From positions 5,040 through 69,039 of the forward strand of contig DATKND010000172.1 in assembly GCA_035541475.1 (NCBI GenBank): DNA of 64,000 nucleotides. Reading direction: 5' to 3'. Numbering within the stretch: the first letter of the stretch is position 1; every line of letters starts with the position of its first letter. Both the position numbers and the translations under genes were made by a program. The notes under the pieces were generated by a model, which did not search any database, had not been told where the DNA came from, and saw only the letters and a program-made list of their open reading frames with translations. Source of the stretch: Myxococcota bacterium. GTDB lineage: Bacteria > Myxococcota_A > UBA9160 > SMWR01. Positions 11,329-23,180 of the stretch are shown here, piece by piece.

Positions 11329-12798
11329 CTAGTGCAAGCGATCGAGCACCGCGGGTGACGTGAGGCGGTGCAGCTCCGAGTCCTCGGGCGGCGTCGACAC
11401 GATGTCGTAGCTCTCGCGGCGCCAACCGCTGCCGCCCTCGAGCGCGTCGTAGAAGACCTCCGCGACCGGATCGAAGACGTTGGCCTTCGCGCCGCCGGGC
11501 CAGTCCGGGTAGCGCGTCAGGTCGCCGCTGTAGCGCGACACCAGGATGCCCACCTCCTCCATCTGCTGTCCACCCTTGCGGCGCGTCACGACGTAGAGGG
11601 GCTGCCCCGTCTGGTAGTCGATCCAGAGCGTCAGGAAGTCGTACTCGAGTCCGCGCTCCTTCAAGGTGCCCTGCAGCACGACCGCGTAGCGGACGTCCCA
11701 GCGGTCGTTGCCGACCGAGAGCCCGCTCTCGCCGAAGTTGCGGTTGCGATCCTCCGGATAGCCGGTGCGCGTGATGTTGATCGGCGCGAGCACCACGCGT
11801 TCGCTCTGTAACCGCCAGATGTAGGCGTTCGGTCGCAGCGAGAGGCCGGTGAAGCCGCGGCGCAGGTTCTCCGTCACCTGGATCGACTCGCCGGCCGTCG
11901 GATTGATCGCGCCGTTGGTCGCGATGCCGCCGCCGATCGGGAGCGCGCCGCCACCGGCGTCGCCCGACACGCGGTAGCGAGGCATGTAGAGCCCGTCGAC
12001 CCAGCCGGATCCCGCGCGGCGCATCTTCTTCATCGTCGGCACGTACACGAAGGTGTCGTCGGGGCGCTCGTAGTCCAGCGCGACCTGGAGCGGCCGCAGC
12101 TGCCGCCAGGCGAGATTGCGCGCGGGGGTCGGCTCGGCGAAGTAGCCGCCGGCCACCCACTCGGTGTCCGGCGCAACCGGGAGCGCGTAATTGCTCGCGG
12201 CGAGATCCGCGCGGTGGCTCGTCTGGAGCCAGAACCAGTTGCCCTCGTAGGTCTGGATGCCGCCGACGCGGCTCGGCATGTCGACGAGGCGGAACTTGCC
12301 GATCGGTCCGGAGCCCCGGTAGCGAAGCTCCGCGTTCCAGGCCCAGCGAACCGCCGCGTCGGGCGACGCCGGATCGATCGTGTCGGGCGGGAAGGGCAGG
12401 CCGGCGACGTAGCCGCGCAGGTTGCCGTCCTCGTCGACCTTCGCCTGACCCGCGAAGCGCTTCGTCGCTGCGTCGTACCACTCGGCGGTCGCGTAGCGGC
12501 GGTGGCAGGGCCCGATCTCGAGGCGCATGCCGTCGTGGAAGAAGGTGTCGCGGTTCCTCCAGACCTCCGGCGGCAGCAGGCTGCCGAGCAGCAGCACGTC
12601 CTCGAAGTGCAGCTCGATGCCCTCGCGCAGGCGGAACGAGGTCGCGTCCTCGGCCGGGCTCGCCCCCGGGATGTTGGTCAACACGGGGCACTCGTTCTCG
12701 GGCGGGAGGCCTCCGCCTGCGGCGGCCGCCCCCGCCAATAGCAGGGCGAACGCGACGAGGCCTCGCGAGACGCGTGAGCGCGCGCGGATCCAGAACAT
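11329..12798 (-). CDS. DUF1329-family (LolA-like) periplasmic protein
   Basis: 489-aa ORF. Signal peptide MFWIRARSRVSRGLVAFALLLAGAAAAGG. GYVAGLPFPP motif and an overall DUF1329-like sequence. Its stop lies 24 nt from the DUF1302-like stop (convergent). Confidence 0.8.
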   Translation of the reverse strand: MFWIRARSRVSRGLVAFALLLAGAAAAGGGLPPENECPVLTNIPGASPAEDATSFRLREGIELHFEDVLLLGSLLPPEVWRNRDTFFHDGMRLEIGPCHRRYATAEWYDAATKRFAGQAKVDEDGNLRGYVAGLPFPPDTIDPASPDAAVRWAWNAELRYRGSGPIGKFRLVDMPSRVGGIQTYEGNWFWLQTSHRADLAASNYALPVAPDTEWVAGGYFAEPTPARNLAWRQLRPLQVALDYERPDDTFVYVPTMKKMRRAGSGWVDGLYMPRYRVSGDAGGGALPIGGGIATNGAINPTAGESIQVTENLRRGFTGLSLRPNAYIWRLQSERVVLAPINITRTGYPEDRNRNFGESGLSVGNDRWDVRYAVVLQGTLKERGLEYDFLTLWIDYQTGQPLYVVTRRKGGQQMEEVGILVSRYSGDLTRYPDWPGGAKANVFDPVAEVFYDALEGGSGWRRESYDIVSTPPEDSELHRLTSPAVLDRLH

Positions 12799-13804
12799 GG
12801 GGGGCAGCCTCCGGGTTGCGACGCGGCGACGCGGTCGCGCCTACTTTACCCTGCGCCTGGAGCTGGATCGCGCCGTGCGCCGTTCGATCGGACTTCCGCT
12901 CGCGCTCGGGATCGTGCTGGTGATCCTGCTGCTGGCCCTCGCCGTCGGCTGGCAGATCCTCGTGGTCGCCAACCCGCGCCCCGGCCTCTCGTCGCTCGAC
13001 TGGGCGCTGCTGATCCTCGGCACGCTCTTCTTCGCCCTCGTGCTGGCGGGGCTCGTGTGGCTCTCGACGTGGCTGATCCGCGAGATGCGGCTCAACCAGC
13101 GCCAGCGCGCCTTCCTCGACGCCGTCACGCACGAGATGAAGACACCGCTCGCGTCGCTGCGGCTCTACGTCGACACGTTGACCCGCCACGATCCGGAGCC
13201 CGAGCGGCGGCGCCACTTCCTCGCGCTGATGCAGGACGACCTCGCCCGCATCGATCGCACCGTCGACCAGGTGCTCACGGCCGCGCGCGCCGAGGAGCCG
13301 GGCCGGCGCGCGCAGCGCGGGCGCGTGCGGCTCGCCGGGGTCCTGCGCGACTGCATCCGCGAGGTGCAGAGCCGCCACGCGCTGCCGGACGAGTCGATGC
13401 AGCTCGAGTGCGCGTCGGATCCGGCGGTGCGCGGCGACGCCGGCGAGCTCGGCGTGGTGTTCCGCAACCTGCTCGAGAACGCAGTGAAGTACTCCGACGC
13501 GCCGATCGAGGTGCGCGTGCGCGTGGCCGAGATCGGCGGCGACCGCGTCGACGTCGACATCTCGGATCGCGGCATCGGGATCCCGGCGCGCGAGCTCCGC
13601 AAGATCTTCCAGCGCTTCTATCGCGCCGGCCGCGACGTGCAGCGCACGGCGGCGGGCCTCGGCCTCGGTCTCTTCATCGTGCGCAACCTGGTGCGGCGCC
13701 AGGGCGGCCGCGTCGTGGCGAAGAGCGAGGGCTCCGGCGCGGGCAGCCGCTTCGTGGTGACGCTCCGCGCGGCGGCAAGCGCGGCGGAGCCGCGCGCGCA
13801 GTGA
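12797..13804 (+). CDS. sensor histidine kinase (two TM segments, HisKA + HATPase_c)
   Basis: Frame of ORF 12527..13804. H-box FLDAVTHEMKTPLASL, N-box FRNLLENAVKY, G-boxes DRGIGI and GLGLGL. Start is either ATG 12797, which overlaps the divergent DUF1329 ATG, or in-frame GTG 12875. Confidence 0.85.
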   Translation: MGGSLRVATRRRGRAYFTLRLELDRAVRRSIGLPLALGIVLVILLLALAVGWQILVVANPRPGLSSLDWALLILGTLFFALVLAGLVWLSTWLIREMRLNQRQRAFLDAVTHEMKTPLASLRLYVDTLTRHDPEPERRRHFLALMQDDLARIDRTVDQVLTAARAEEPGRRAQRGRVRLAGVLRDCIREVQSRHALPDESMQLECASDPAVRGDAGELGVVFRNLLENAVKYSDAPIEVRVRVAEIGGDRVDVDISDRGIGIPARELRKIFQRFYRAGRDVQRTAAGLGLGLFIVRNLVRRQGGRVVAKSEGSGAGSRFVVTLRAAASAAEPRAQ

Positions 13805-13829
13805 GCCGCAGGCGAACGGAGTTCAGAAG
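13803..13829 (+). repeat. 27-nt direct repeat, copy 1 (overlaps the kinase stop codon)
   Basis: gagccgcaggcgaacggagttcagaag. Matches 25 of 27 positions with copy 2 at 14598. Confidence 0.8.
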
Positions 13830-13870
13830 GGAATGACGCCGTCTGCAGAAAGGTCGGGGAGCGCTTTGCC

Positions 13871-14569
13871 ATGGCGCGGATCCTCGTCGTCGAGGACGAA
13901 GAGCATCTCGCCGAGGGACTCCAGTTCAACCTCGAGGCCGAGGGCCACGAGGTGGTGGTCGCGTCCGACGGCTCCGACGCGAGCGAGCGCATCCTCGCGG
14001 GGGGCGGTGGCTTCGACCTCGTGCTGCTCGACCTGATGCTCCCGGGACTCTCGGGCTTCGAGGTGCTGCGCCGCATTCGCGCGGCCGGCGTCTTCGTGCC
14101 CGTGCTCGTGCTGACCGCCAAGGACGAGACGGCCGATCGCGTGCGTGGTCTCGAGGAAGGCGCCGACGACTACCTCACGAAGCCCTTCCACCTCGACGAG
14201 CTGCTCGCGCGCGTGCGCGGTCTGTTGCGGCGCCGTCGCTGGGACGGCGCGTCGGAGCCGGCCGCGACTCCGCCGCTCCAGATCGGCGTCGCGACGGTGC
14301 ACTTCGACCGCTTCGAGCTCGAGACGCCGCAGGGGACGATCCGTCTCACCACGCGCGAGCTCGGTCTCCTGCGCGCGCTCGCCGACCGCGAAGGCGAAGC
14401 GGTGACGCGCGGCGAGCTGCTCGAGTCGGTCTGGGGACTTCGCCCCGACACGAACACGCGCGTGGTCGACAGCTTCGTCGTGCGGCTCCGCCGCTACGTC
14501 GAGCCGGATCCGTCTCGTCCTCGCCACATCGTGTCCGTTCGCGGTCACGGGTATCGCCTGGTGAGGTAA
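13871..14569 (+). CDS. OmpR/PhoB-family response regulator
   Basis: 232 aa. MARILVVEDEE, receiver Asp in VLLDLMLPG, TKPF, and a winged-helix C-terminus ...VRGHGYRL. Confidence 0.9.
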   Translation: MARILVVEDEEHLAEGLQFNLEAEGHEVVVASDGSDASERILAGGGGFDLVLLDLMLPGLSGFEVLRRIRAAGVFVPVLVLTAKDETADRVRGLEEGADDYLTKPFHLDELLARVRGLLRRRRWDGASEPAATPPLQIGVATVHFDRFELETPQGTIRLTTRELGLLRALADREGEAVTRGELLESVWGLRPDTNTRVVDSFVVRLRRYVEPDPSRPRHIVSVRGHGYRLVR

Positions 14570-14597
14570 CTGCAAGCCGCCGAAGGCGGCGCGCAGC

Positions 14598-14624
14598 GAG
14601 CCGCAGGCGAGCGAAGTTCAGAAG
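14598..14624 (+). repeat. 27-nt direct repeat, copy 2 (downstream of the response regulator)
   Basis: gagccgcaggcgagcgaagttcagaag. Preceded by a small GCCGCC-GAA-GGCGGC hairpin at 14576-14590. Confidence 0.8.
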
Positions 14625-14704
14625 TACAGACCCGGGCGGTGACGTCTCGAGGAATGTTTGCGTTGCGCTTGTCTCTTTGAGCCCGCTCATGCGAACCTCA
14701 GGGT

Positions 14705-15484
14705 GTGAGCGACGCGCTCCGCTTCGAGGTCGAGCCTCGGCTGCACGACGCCTGCATGATCGCCGCGTTCGAGGGGTGGAACGACGCGGGCGAGGCCGCG
14801 ACGTCCGCGCTCCGCTATCTCGCCGCCGCGATCCGCTCGGTGCCGGTCGCGGAGATCGACGGCGAGGAGTTCCTCGACTTCACCGTGCGAAGACCGATGG
14901 TGCGCTTCGACGCCGACGGCGCGCGCGTGATCGACTGGCCCGACACGCGCTTCCGCTTCGGGTCCGCGGATCCGTCGCGCGAGCTCGTCGTCGCGCACGG
15001 AGTCGAGCCGCACGTGCAGTGGCGCCGCTACTGCGATCTCTTCGCCACGGTCGTCGCGCGGCTGCGCGTCTCGCGCGTGGTGCTGCTCGGCGCCTACGTC
15101 GCCGACGTCGTCTACTCGCGTCCGGTCGGTGTCACGGGCTTCGCGAGCGACGCGGGTCTGCTCGAGAGCCTCGAGGTGCTGCCGTCGAGCTACGAGGGCC
15201 CGACTGGCATCGTCGGCGTGCTCGCCGACAGACTCCAGCGCGACGGCGTCGAGGTGATGAGCCTGTGGGCCGGGCTGCCGCACTACATCTCGGCGTCGCC
15301 GAATCCGCGTGGCGCGCTGGCGCTGCTCCAGAAGCTCGAGGCGTGCCTGAAGCTCGGCGTCGACCTCGAGCCGCTGCGCCGCGAGGCGGCCACGTTCGAG
15401 GAGAAGATCTCGGCGATCGTCGCCTCGGATCCGGAGCTCTCGGAGTACGTGCGGCAGCTCAAGCGGCGGGAGTTCGCGCAGTAG
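14705..15484 (+). CDS. PAC2-family (proteasome-assembly-chaperone-like) protein
   Basis: 259-aa ORF with a GTG start. AAFEGWNDAGEAAT, VLLGAYVADV and YEGPTGIVGVL resemble bacterial PAC2-family proteins. Assigned by eye only. Confidence 0.6.
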   Translation: MSDALRFEVEPRLHDACMIAAFEGWNDAGEAATSALRYLAAAIRSVPVAEIDGEEFLDFTVRRPMVRFDADGARVIDWPDTRFRFGSADPSRELVVAHGVEPHVQWRRYCDLFATVVARLRVSRVVLLGAYVADVVYSRPVGVTGFASDAGLLESLEVLPSSYEGPTGIVGVLADRLQRDGVEVMSLWAGLPHYISASPNPRGALALLQKLEACLKLGVDLEPLRREAATFEEKISAIVASDPELSEYVRQLKRREFAQ

Positions 15485-15509
15485 GCGCCGAACCACCGAG
15501 CGGCGGCTC

Positions 15510-16181
15510 TCACTCCTCTCCGGCGCGCAGCGCCGCTCCGACGTACACCGTCGCGAGGATCGTGAAGATGTACGCCTGGAGCAGGCCGATCAGCAGGTCG
15601 AGCGCCATGAGCGGCATCGGCACCAGGAAGCCGGCGAGCGCGACCAGCAGCGCAACCACCAGGTGTCCGGACATCATGTTGCCGAAGAGCCGCATCGAGA
15701 GCGCGAGCGTCCGCGACAGCTCCGAGATCGCGTGGAGCGGCGCGAAGAGCGGATTGGGGCGGAAGTAGCTCCGCAGGTAACCGCGCAGGCCGCGCGCGCG
15801 GATCCCCGCGGCGGGTACCGCGAGGAACACGATCGCGGCCAGCGCCGAGGTGGTGGCGAGGCTCGCGGTCGGCGGACGTACGCCCGGGAGCTGGCCCGAG
15901 AGATTGCAGGCGGCGATGAAGAGGAAGAGGCTGCCCGAGAGCGTCGCCAGGCGGGGCTCTGGGCGCCCCGCCACGTCGCGCACCAGCCCGTCGATCCATT
16001 CCACCGCCAGCAGCGCCAGCGCGGCGGGCGTGCCGTTCGGCGCGCGGCGCACGCCGCGCGCCAGCGCCCACGCGAGGAGCAGCAGCGCGAGCGAGATCAC
16101 GAGCGACGTGACCATCGTGGTGGTGATCGGTACGGGGCCGATGGCGAAGAGCGTCTGCTCGCCGAAGATCCGGATCTCCAC
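15510..16181 (-). CDS. atpB: ATPase Fo subunit a
   Basis: Frame of ORF 15510..16310. GTG 16181 (VEIRIFGEQ...) lies 2 nt after the upstream stop. Contains the conserved LSMRLFGNMMSGH arginine motif and a multi-TM profile. Confidence 0.85.
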   Translation of the reverse strand: MEIRIFGEQTLFAIGPVPITTTMVTSLVISLALLLLAWALARGVRRAPNGTPAALALLAVEWIDGLVRDVAGRPEPRLATLSGSLFLFIAACNLSGQLPGVRPPTASLATTSALAAIVFLAVPAAGIRARGLRGYLRSYFRPNPLFAPLHAISELSRTLALSMRLFGNMMSGHLVVALLVALAGFLVPMPLMALDLLIGLLQAYIFTILATVYVGAALRAGEE

Positions 16182-16183
16182 GG

Positions 16184-16455
16184 TCAGCTCCGATGCTCGC
16201 GGATCGCGCGCCAGGCGATCGCGCAGCCGAGCGCCAGGCCTGCCACGAGCAGCATCAAGGTGAAGCGCACGCCGCTCTCGAAGCGGGAATCGAGGTGGTG
16301 TCCGAGCCATGCGCCGCCCGCTGCCGGCAACGCGATCGACCAGCCGATCGTGCCCAGCGCGGAGAGCGAGCGCCAGAAGGAGGATCCCGACGGATCCCTG
16401 CGCGCGAGCCGCCTCGCATCGCGCTCGAGCGAGCGCTGCGCGTCGTCGCGGCGCT

Positions 16456-16459
<4 letters not shown>
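16184..16459 (-). CDS. AtpZ/AtpI-family small membrane protein (AtpQ-like)
   Basis: Within ORF 16184..16837. GTG 16459 overlaps the atpC stop (GTGA). VKRRDDAQRSLERDARR... is followed by two hydrophobic helices (SLSALGTIGWSIALPAAGGAWLG, FTLMLLVAGLALGCAIAW). Confidence 0.6.
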
Positions 16460-19064
<2,605 letters not shown>

Positions 19065-19068
<4 letters not shown>

Positions 19069-20573
19069 CGCGCCGGCTCCTGCGCGGCCGCGCGGACCTG
19101 CTGCGCGAGCGCGCGCAGTCGCTCCAGCGAGGCGTCGGAGGCCTCGTCCTGCTCGATCGCGGCGGCGACGTCGGGAGCGTCGCTCCGCACGCGAGCCAGC
19201 AGCCTCGCGACGAAGGGCGGAGCCTGCTCGGGAGCCAGTCCGTCGACCCAGCCCTCGCTCACCGAGAGGACGCACAGGAGCTCCTCGCACCGGCCGCGAG
19301 GCGCGAGTCGGCGCTGGCGGAGCAGGGCCCGCAGCAGCCGACCGCGCGCGATGTCGCGCTCGACACCCGGGTCGAGCTCGAGCCCGACACGCGAGAGTGA
19401 CTCGAGCTCCTCGAAGCGCGAGTACAGGATACGGAGGTTGCGGGCGGCCTCCCGGATCGCGCGCGGCTGCGCGGCGCCGCCGATGCGCGACACGCTGCGG
19501 CCGATGTCGACCGCCGGCCGCTCGTTGCGCGCGAAGCGCGCGCCGTCGAGGTAGATCTGTCCGTCGGTGATCGAGATCGCGTTGGTCGGGATGTAGGCTG
19601 CGATGTCACCCTCGGTGGTCTCGACGATGGGCAGGGCCGTGACCGTGCCGCCGCCGGCCGCGCGGTTGCGCGCCGCCGCGCGCTCGAGCAGCTCGGCGTG
19701 GAGGTAGAAGACGTCGCCCGGAAACGCCTCGCGTCCGGGGGGTCGCTCGAGCAGCAGGCTCAGCTCGCGATAGGAGTCGGCGTGCTTCGTGAGGTCGTCG
19801 TAGACGACGAGCGCGTGCCCACCCTGGTCGCGGAACCACTCCGCCACCGACGCTCCGGCGTAGGGCGCGAGATAGCGCATGCCGGGCGGCATCGACGCGT
19901 CCGCGGCCACGATCGCGGTGTTGGGGAGCGCGCCCGCGCGCAGCAGCGTCTCGCGCAGCGCCATCACGCGCGAGATCGGCTGTCCCACCACGACGTACAC
20001 GCAAGCGACGTCACCGGCTCTCTGGGCGACCACGAAGTCCTCGGCGAGCGCGGTCTTGCCGGTGTTGCGATCGCCGATGACGAGCTCGCGCTGGCCGCGG
20101 CCGATGGGGATCGCCGCGTCGACGACCAGCACTCCCGTGTGCAGGGGCATCTGCACGCGCTCGCGCTCCACGAGCTCGGGAGCGGGGCGGAAGAGCTCGC
20201 GCCGCGGCAGGTCGGGCAGGGTGCCGTTGCCGTCCAGCGGACGGCCGAGGGGGTCGATCACGCGGCCGAGGGTGGCCGTCCCGACCGGGAGCGCGGGAAG
20301 CTCGCCGGTGGCGAGCGCGCCGTCGCCCGCCTGCACGGTCTCGGCGTCCGAGAGCAGAAGCACGCCGGTCGTGTTCGCACGCAGGTCGAAGGCGAGGCCG
20401 AGCGCGCCGCAGTCGAATCGAACCAGCTCGTCGTAGGCCACGCGTTCGAGCCCGGCCACGCGGGCGACGGCGTCGCCGACGCTCGTCACGATCCCGCGCG
20501 GGCGCAGCGCGGCGCCGAATTCGAGCTCGCGCGCCGCACGCAGCAGCGACGCTCCGCCCTGCGCGTCAGTCAT
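19065..20573 (-). CDS. atpA: ATPase F1 subunit alpha
   Basis: 502 aa. Walker A GDRNTGKTALA, plus VVYDDLTKHADSYRELSLLLERPPGREAFPGDVFYLH. Confidence 0.95.
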
Positions 20574-21300
20574 GACCGGCCGTCGTCTCCTCGAGTCGGC
20601 TCACGAGCAGCCGCTCGGCCTGCGCGGAGGCGCCCGCTGCGGTCGCATCCACCAGTCCGCGCGCGGTGTGGACGCGCAGCCCGGCGATCAGCTCGGGATT
20701 CAGCCGCTCGCTCGCTGCGCCGTTCGGCGCGCCCGCCGCCGACAGCACGCGCGCGCGGGATTCGGGCGCCAGCGGCTCGACCGATTCGATCACGATCGGC
20801 GCGAGCGCGCCTCGCTCGCGCAGGCGCTCGAGCTCGCGGCAGGCGGCGCCGGCGAGCATCTCCTCGAGCTCGGGCCCGCGGATCTCGGCGAGGAGCTGTC
20901 GCACCACCTCGCGCGCCGCACGGGCGGCGTCGCGCGCGCCGGTGCGCACCTGCTCCCGGCGCTGCGCGAGCAGCTCCTGCTCGAGGCGTTTGCGTTCCTG
21001 CTGCATCTCCGCGCGCGCGTCGGCGAGCGTTCGCTCCTTCTCGGCCTCGAGCTCGCGCGACAGCCGTTCGCGCAGCGCGTCGAGCTGTGACTCCTGCTCG
21101 CGCCTCTGCGCGAGCGCCTGCGCGCGCTCGTGCTCGGCCTGCTCGCGCGCGGCGGCTGCGGTGCGCTGCTCGCCCTCGATCTGGCTGCGGCGCCGCTCGA
21201 TCGCTGCGCGCACGGGCCGGAAGAAGAGCCAGCCGAGCAACGCCGCCAGCAGCAGGAAGTTCGCCGCTTCGAAGGCGAAGGTGGCCCAGCTCTCCGACAC
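20566..21300 (-). CDS. atpF: ATPase Fo subunit b, long form with a delta-like C-terminal segment
   Basis: 244 aa. One N-terminal TM (FEAANFLLLAALLGWLFF), a long charged coiled coil, and a C-terminal LIAGLRVHTARGLVDATAAG segment resembling the delta/OSCP C-terminus. No separate delta gene is present. Confidence 0.75.
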   Translation of the reverse strand: MSESWATFAFEAANFLLLAALLGWLFFRPVRAAIERRRSQIEGEQRTAAAAREQAEHERAQALAQRREQESQLDALRERLSRELEAEKERTLADARAEMQQERKRLEQELLAQRREQVRTGARDAARAAREVVRQLLAEIRGPELEEMLAGAACRELERLRERGALAPIVIESVEPLAPESRARVLSAAGAPNGAASERLNPELIAGLRVHTARGLVDATAAGASAQAERLLVSRLEETTAGHD

Positions 21301-21314
21301 CGCGCTCGGTCCGC

Positions 21315-21569
21315 CTAGCGCGCGAACGGGTTGGCGAAGAGCAGGATCAGGGCGATCACCAGACAGAAGATCGCGGTGGACTCCACCATGGCGAGGCTCA
21401 CGAAGAGCGTGCGGGTGATCGAGGCCGCTTCGTCCGGCTGGCGCGCGAGCGCGTCCATGGCCGCGGCTCCGATGCGGCTCTCGCCGATCGCCGCGCCGAC
21501 CGCGCCGGCCGCCATCGTGAGCGCCGCCGACGCGATCGAGATGATGACCAGCCAGTCGTGTCCGCTCAT
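21315..21569 (-). CDS. atpE: ATPase Fo subunit c (two-carboxylate type)
   Basis: 84 aa forming a helical hairpin. Helix 1 has AIGESRIG...ALARQP and helix 2 has FVSLAMVESTAIF. GGAGG lies upstream of the ATG. Confidence 0.9.
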   Translation of the reverse strand: MSGHDWLVIISIASAALTMAAGAVGAAIGESRIGAAAMDALARQPDEAASITRTLFVSLAMVESTAIFCLVIALILLFANPFAR

Positions 21570-21603
21570 GCGTGCCTGCCTCCGCCCGGCCGGGCGCCCG
21601 CGC

Positions 21604-21852
21604 CTACAGCTCGATCGACTCCTCGATCAGCATCACCGGGATGTCGTCGTCGATCACGTAGAGGACCTTGCGGTCCTCGCGCACCAGACCTTCGTCGATG
21701 CGCTTCGACACCTTGTCGCCGCCGCGGTTGCGGAGCCGGCCGGCGTCGATCTCGGCGTTGAGTCGCGCGAGCACGTCGGCGCCGGCGGGGGCGAGCGGCT
21801 GGCGCGTCTCGGGGCACACCAGGATCTCGAGCAGCTGCGCGTCGATCGGCAT
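21604..21852 (-). CDS. Trm112/UPF0434-family small zinc-ribbon-like protein
   Basis: Within ORF 21604..21942. ATG 21852 is preceded by AGGAG. MPIDAQLLEILVCPETRQPL ... VLYVIDDDIPVMLIEESI is typical of Trm112/YcaR. Confidence 0.7.
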   Translation of the reverse strand: MPIDAQLLEILVCPETRQPLAPAGADVLARLNAEIDAGRLRNRGGDKVSKRIDEGLVREDRKVLYVIDDDIPVMLIEESIEL

Positions 21853-21928
21853 CGTCACTCCTGTGTTTCCCGGCTCTGGTCCTCGCTCGCCTGCGGCTCG
21901 CTGCGCGCCGCCTGCGGCGGCTTGCTCC

Positions 21929-23155
<1,227 letters not shown>

Positions 23156-23180
23156 GATCCCTCCTCCGCGCGGCGCCGCG

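Noticed and set aside
5617-11363. Very long ORFs antisense to or out of frame with the giant outer-membrane gene (5617..8052 minus, 8218..11307 minus, 8253..11363 plus)
   Set aside because: Arg/Asp/Ala-rich with no motifs. The 6208..11304 frame has a signal peptide, a family-like barrel sequence and a terminal Phe.
16179-16186. Search for a hidden atpR gene between the AtpQ-like gene and atpB
   Set aside because: Only 2 nt separate the stop (16184-16186) from the atpB GTG (16181). The upstream extension of the atpB ORF (to 16310) overlaps the AtpQ-like gene in another frame and is Arg-rich.
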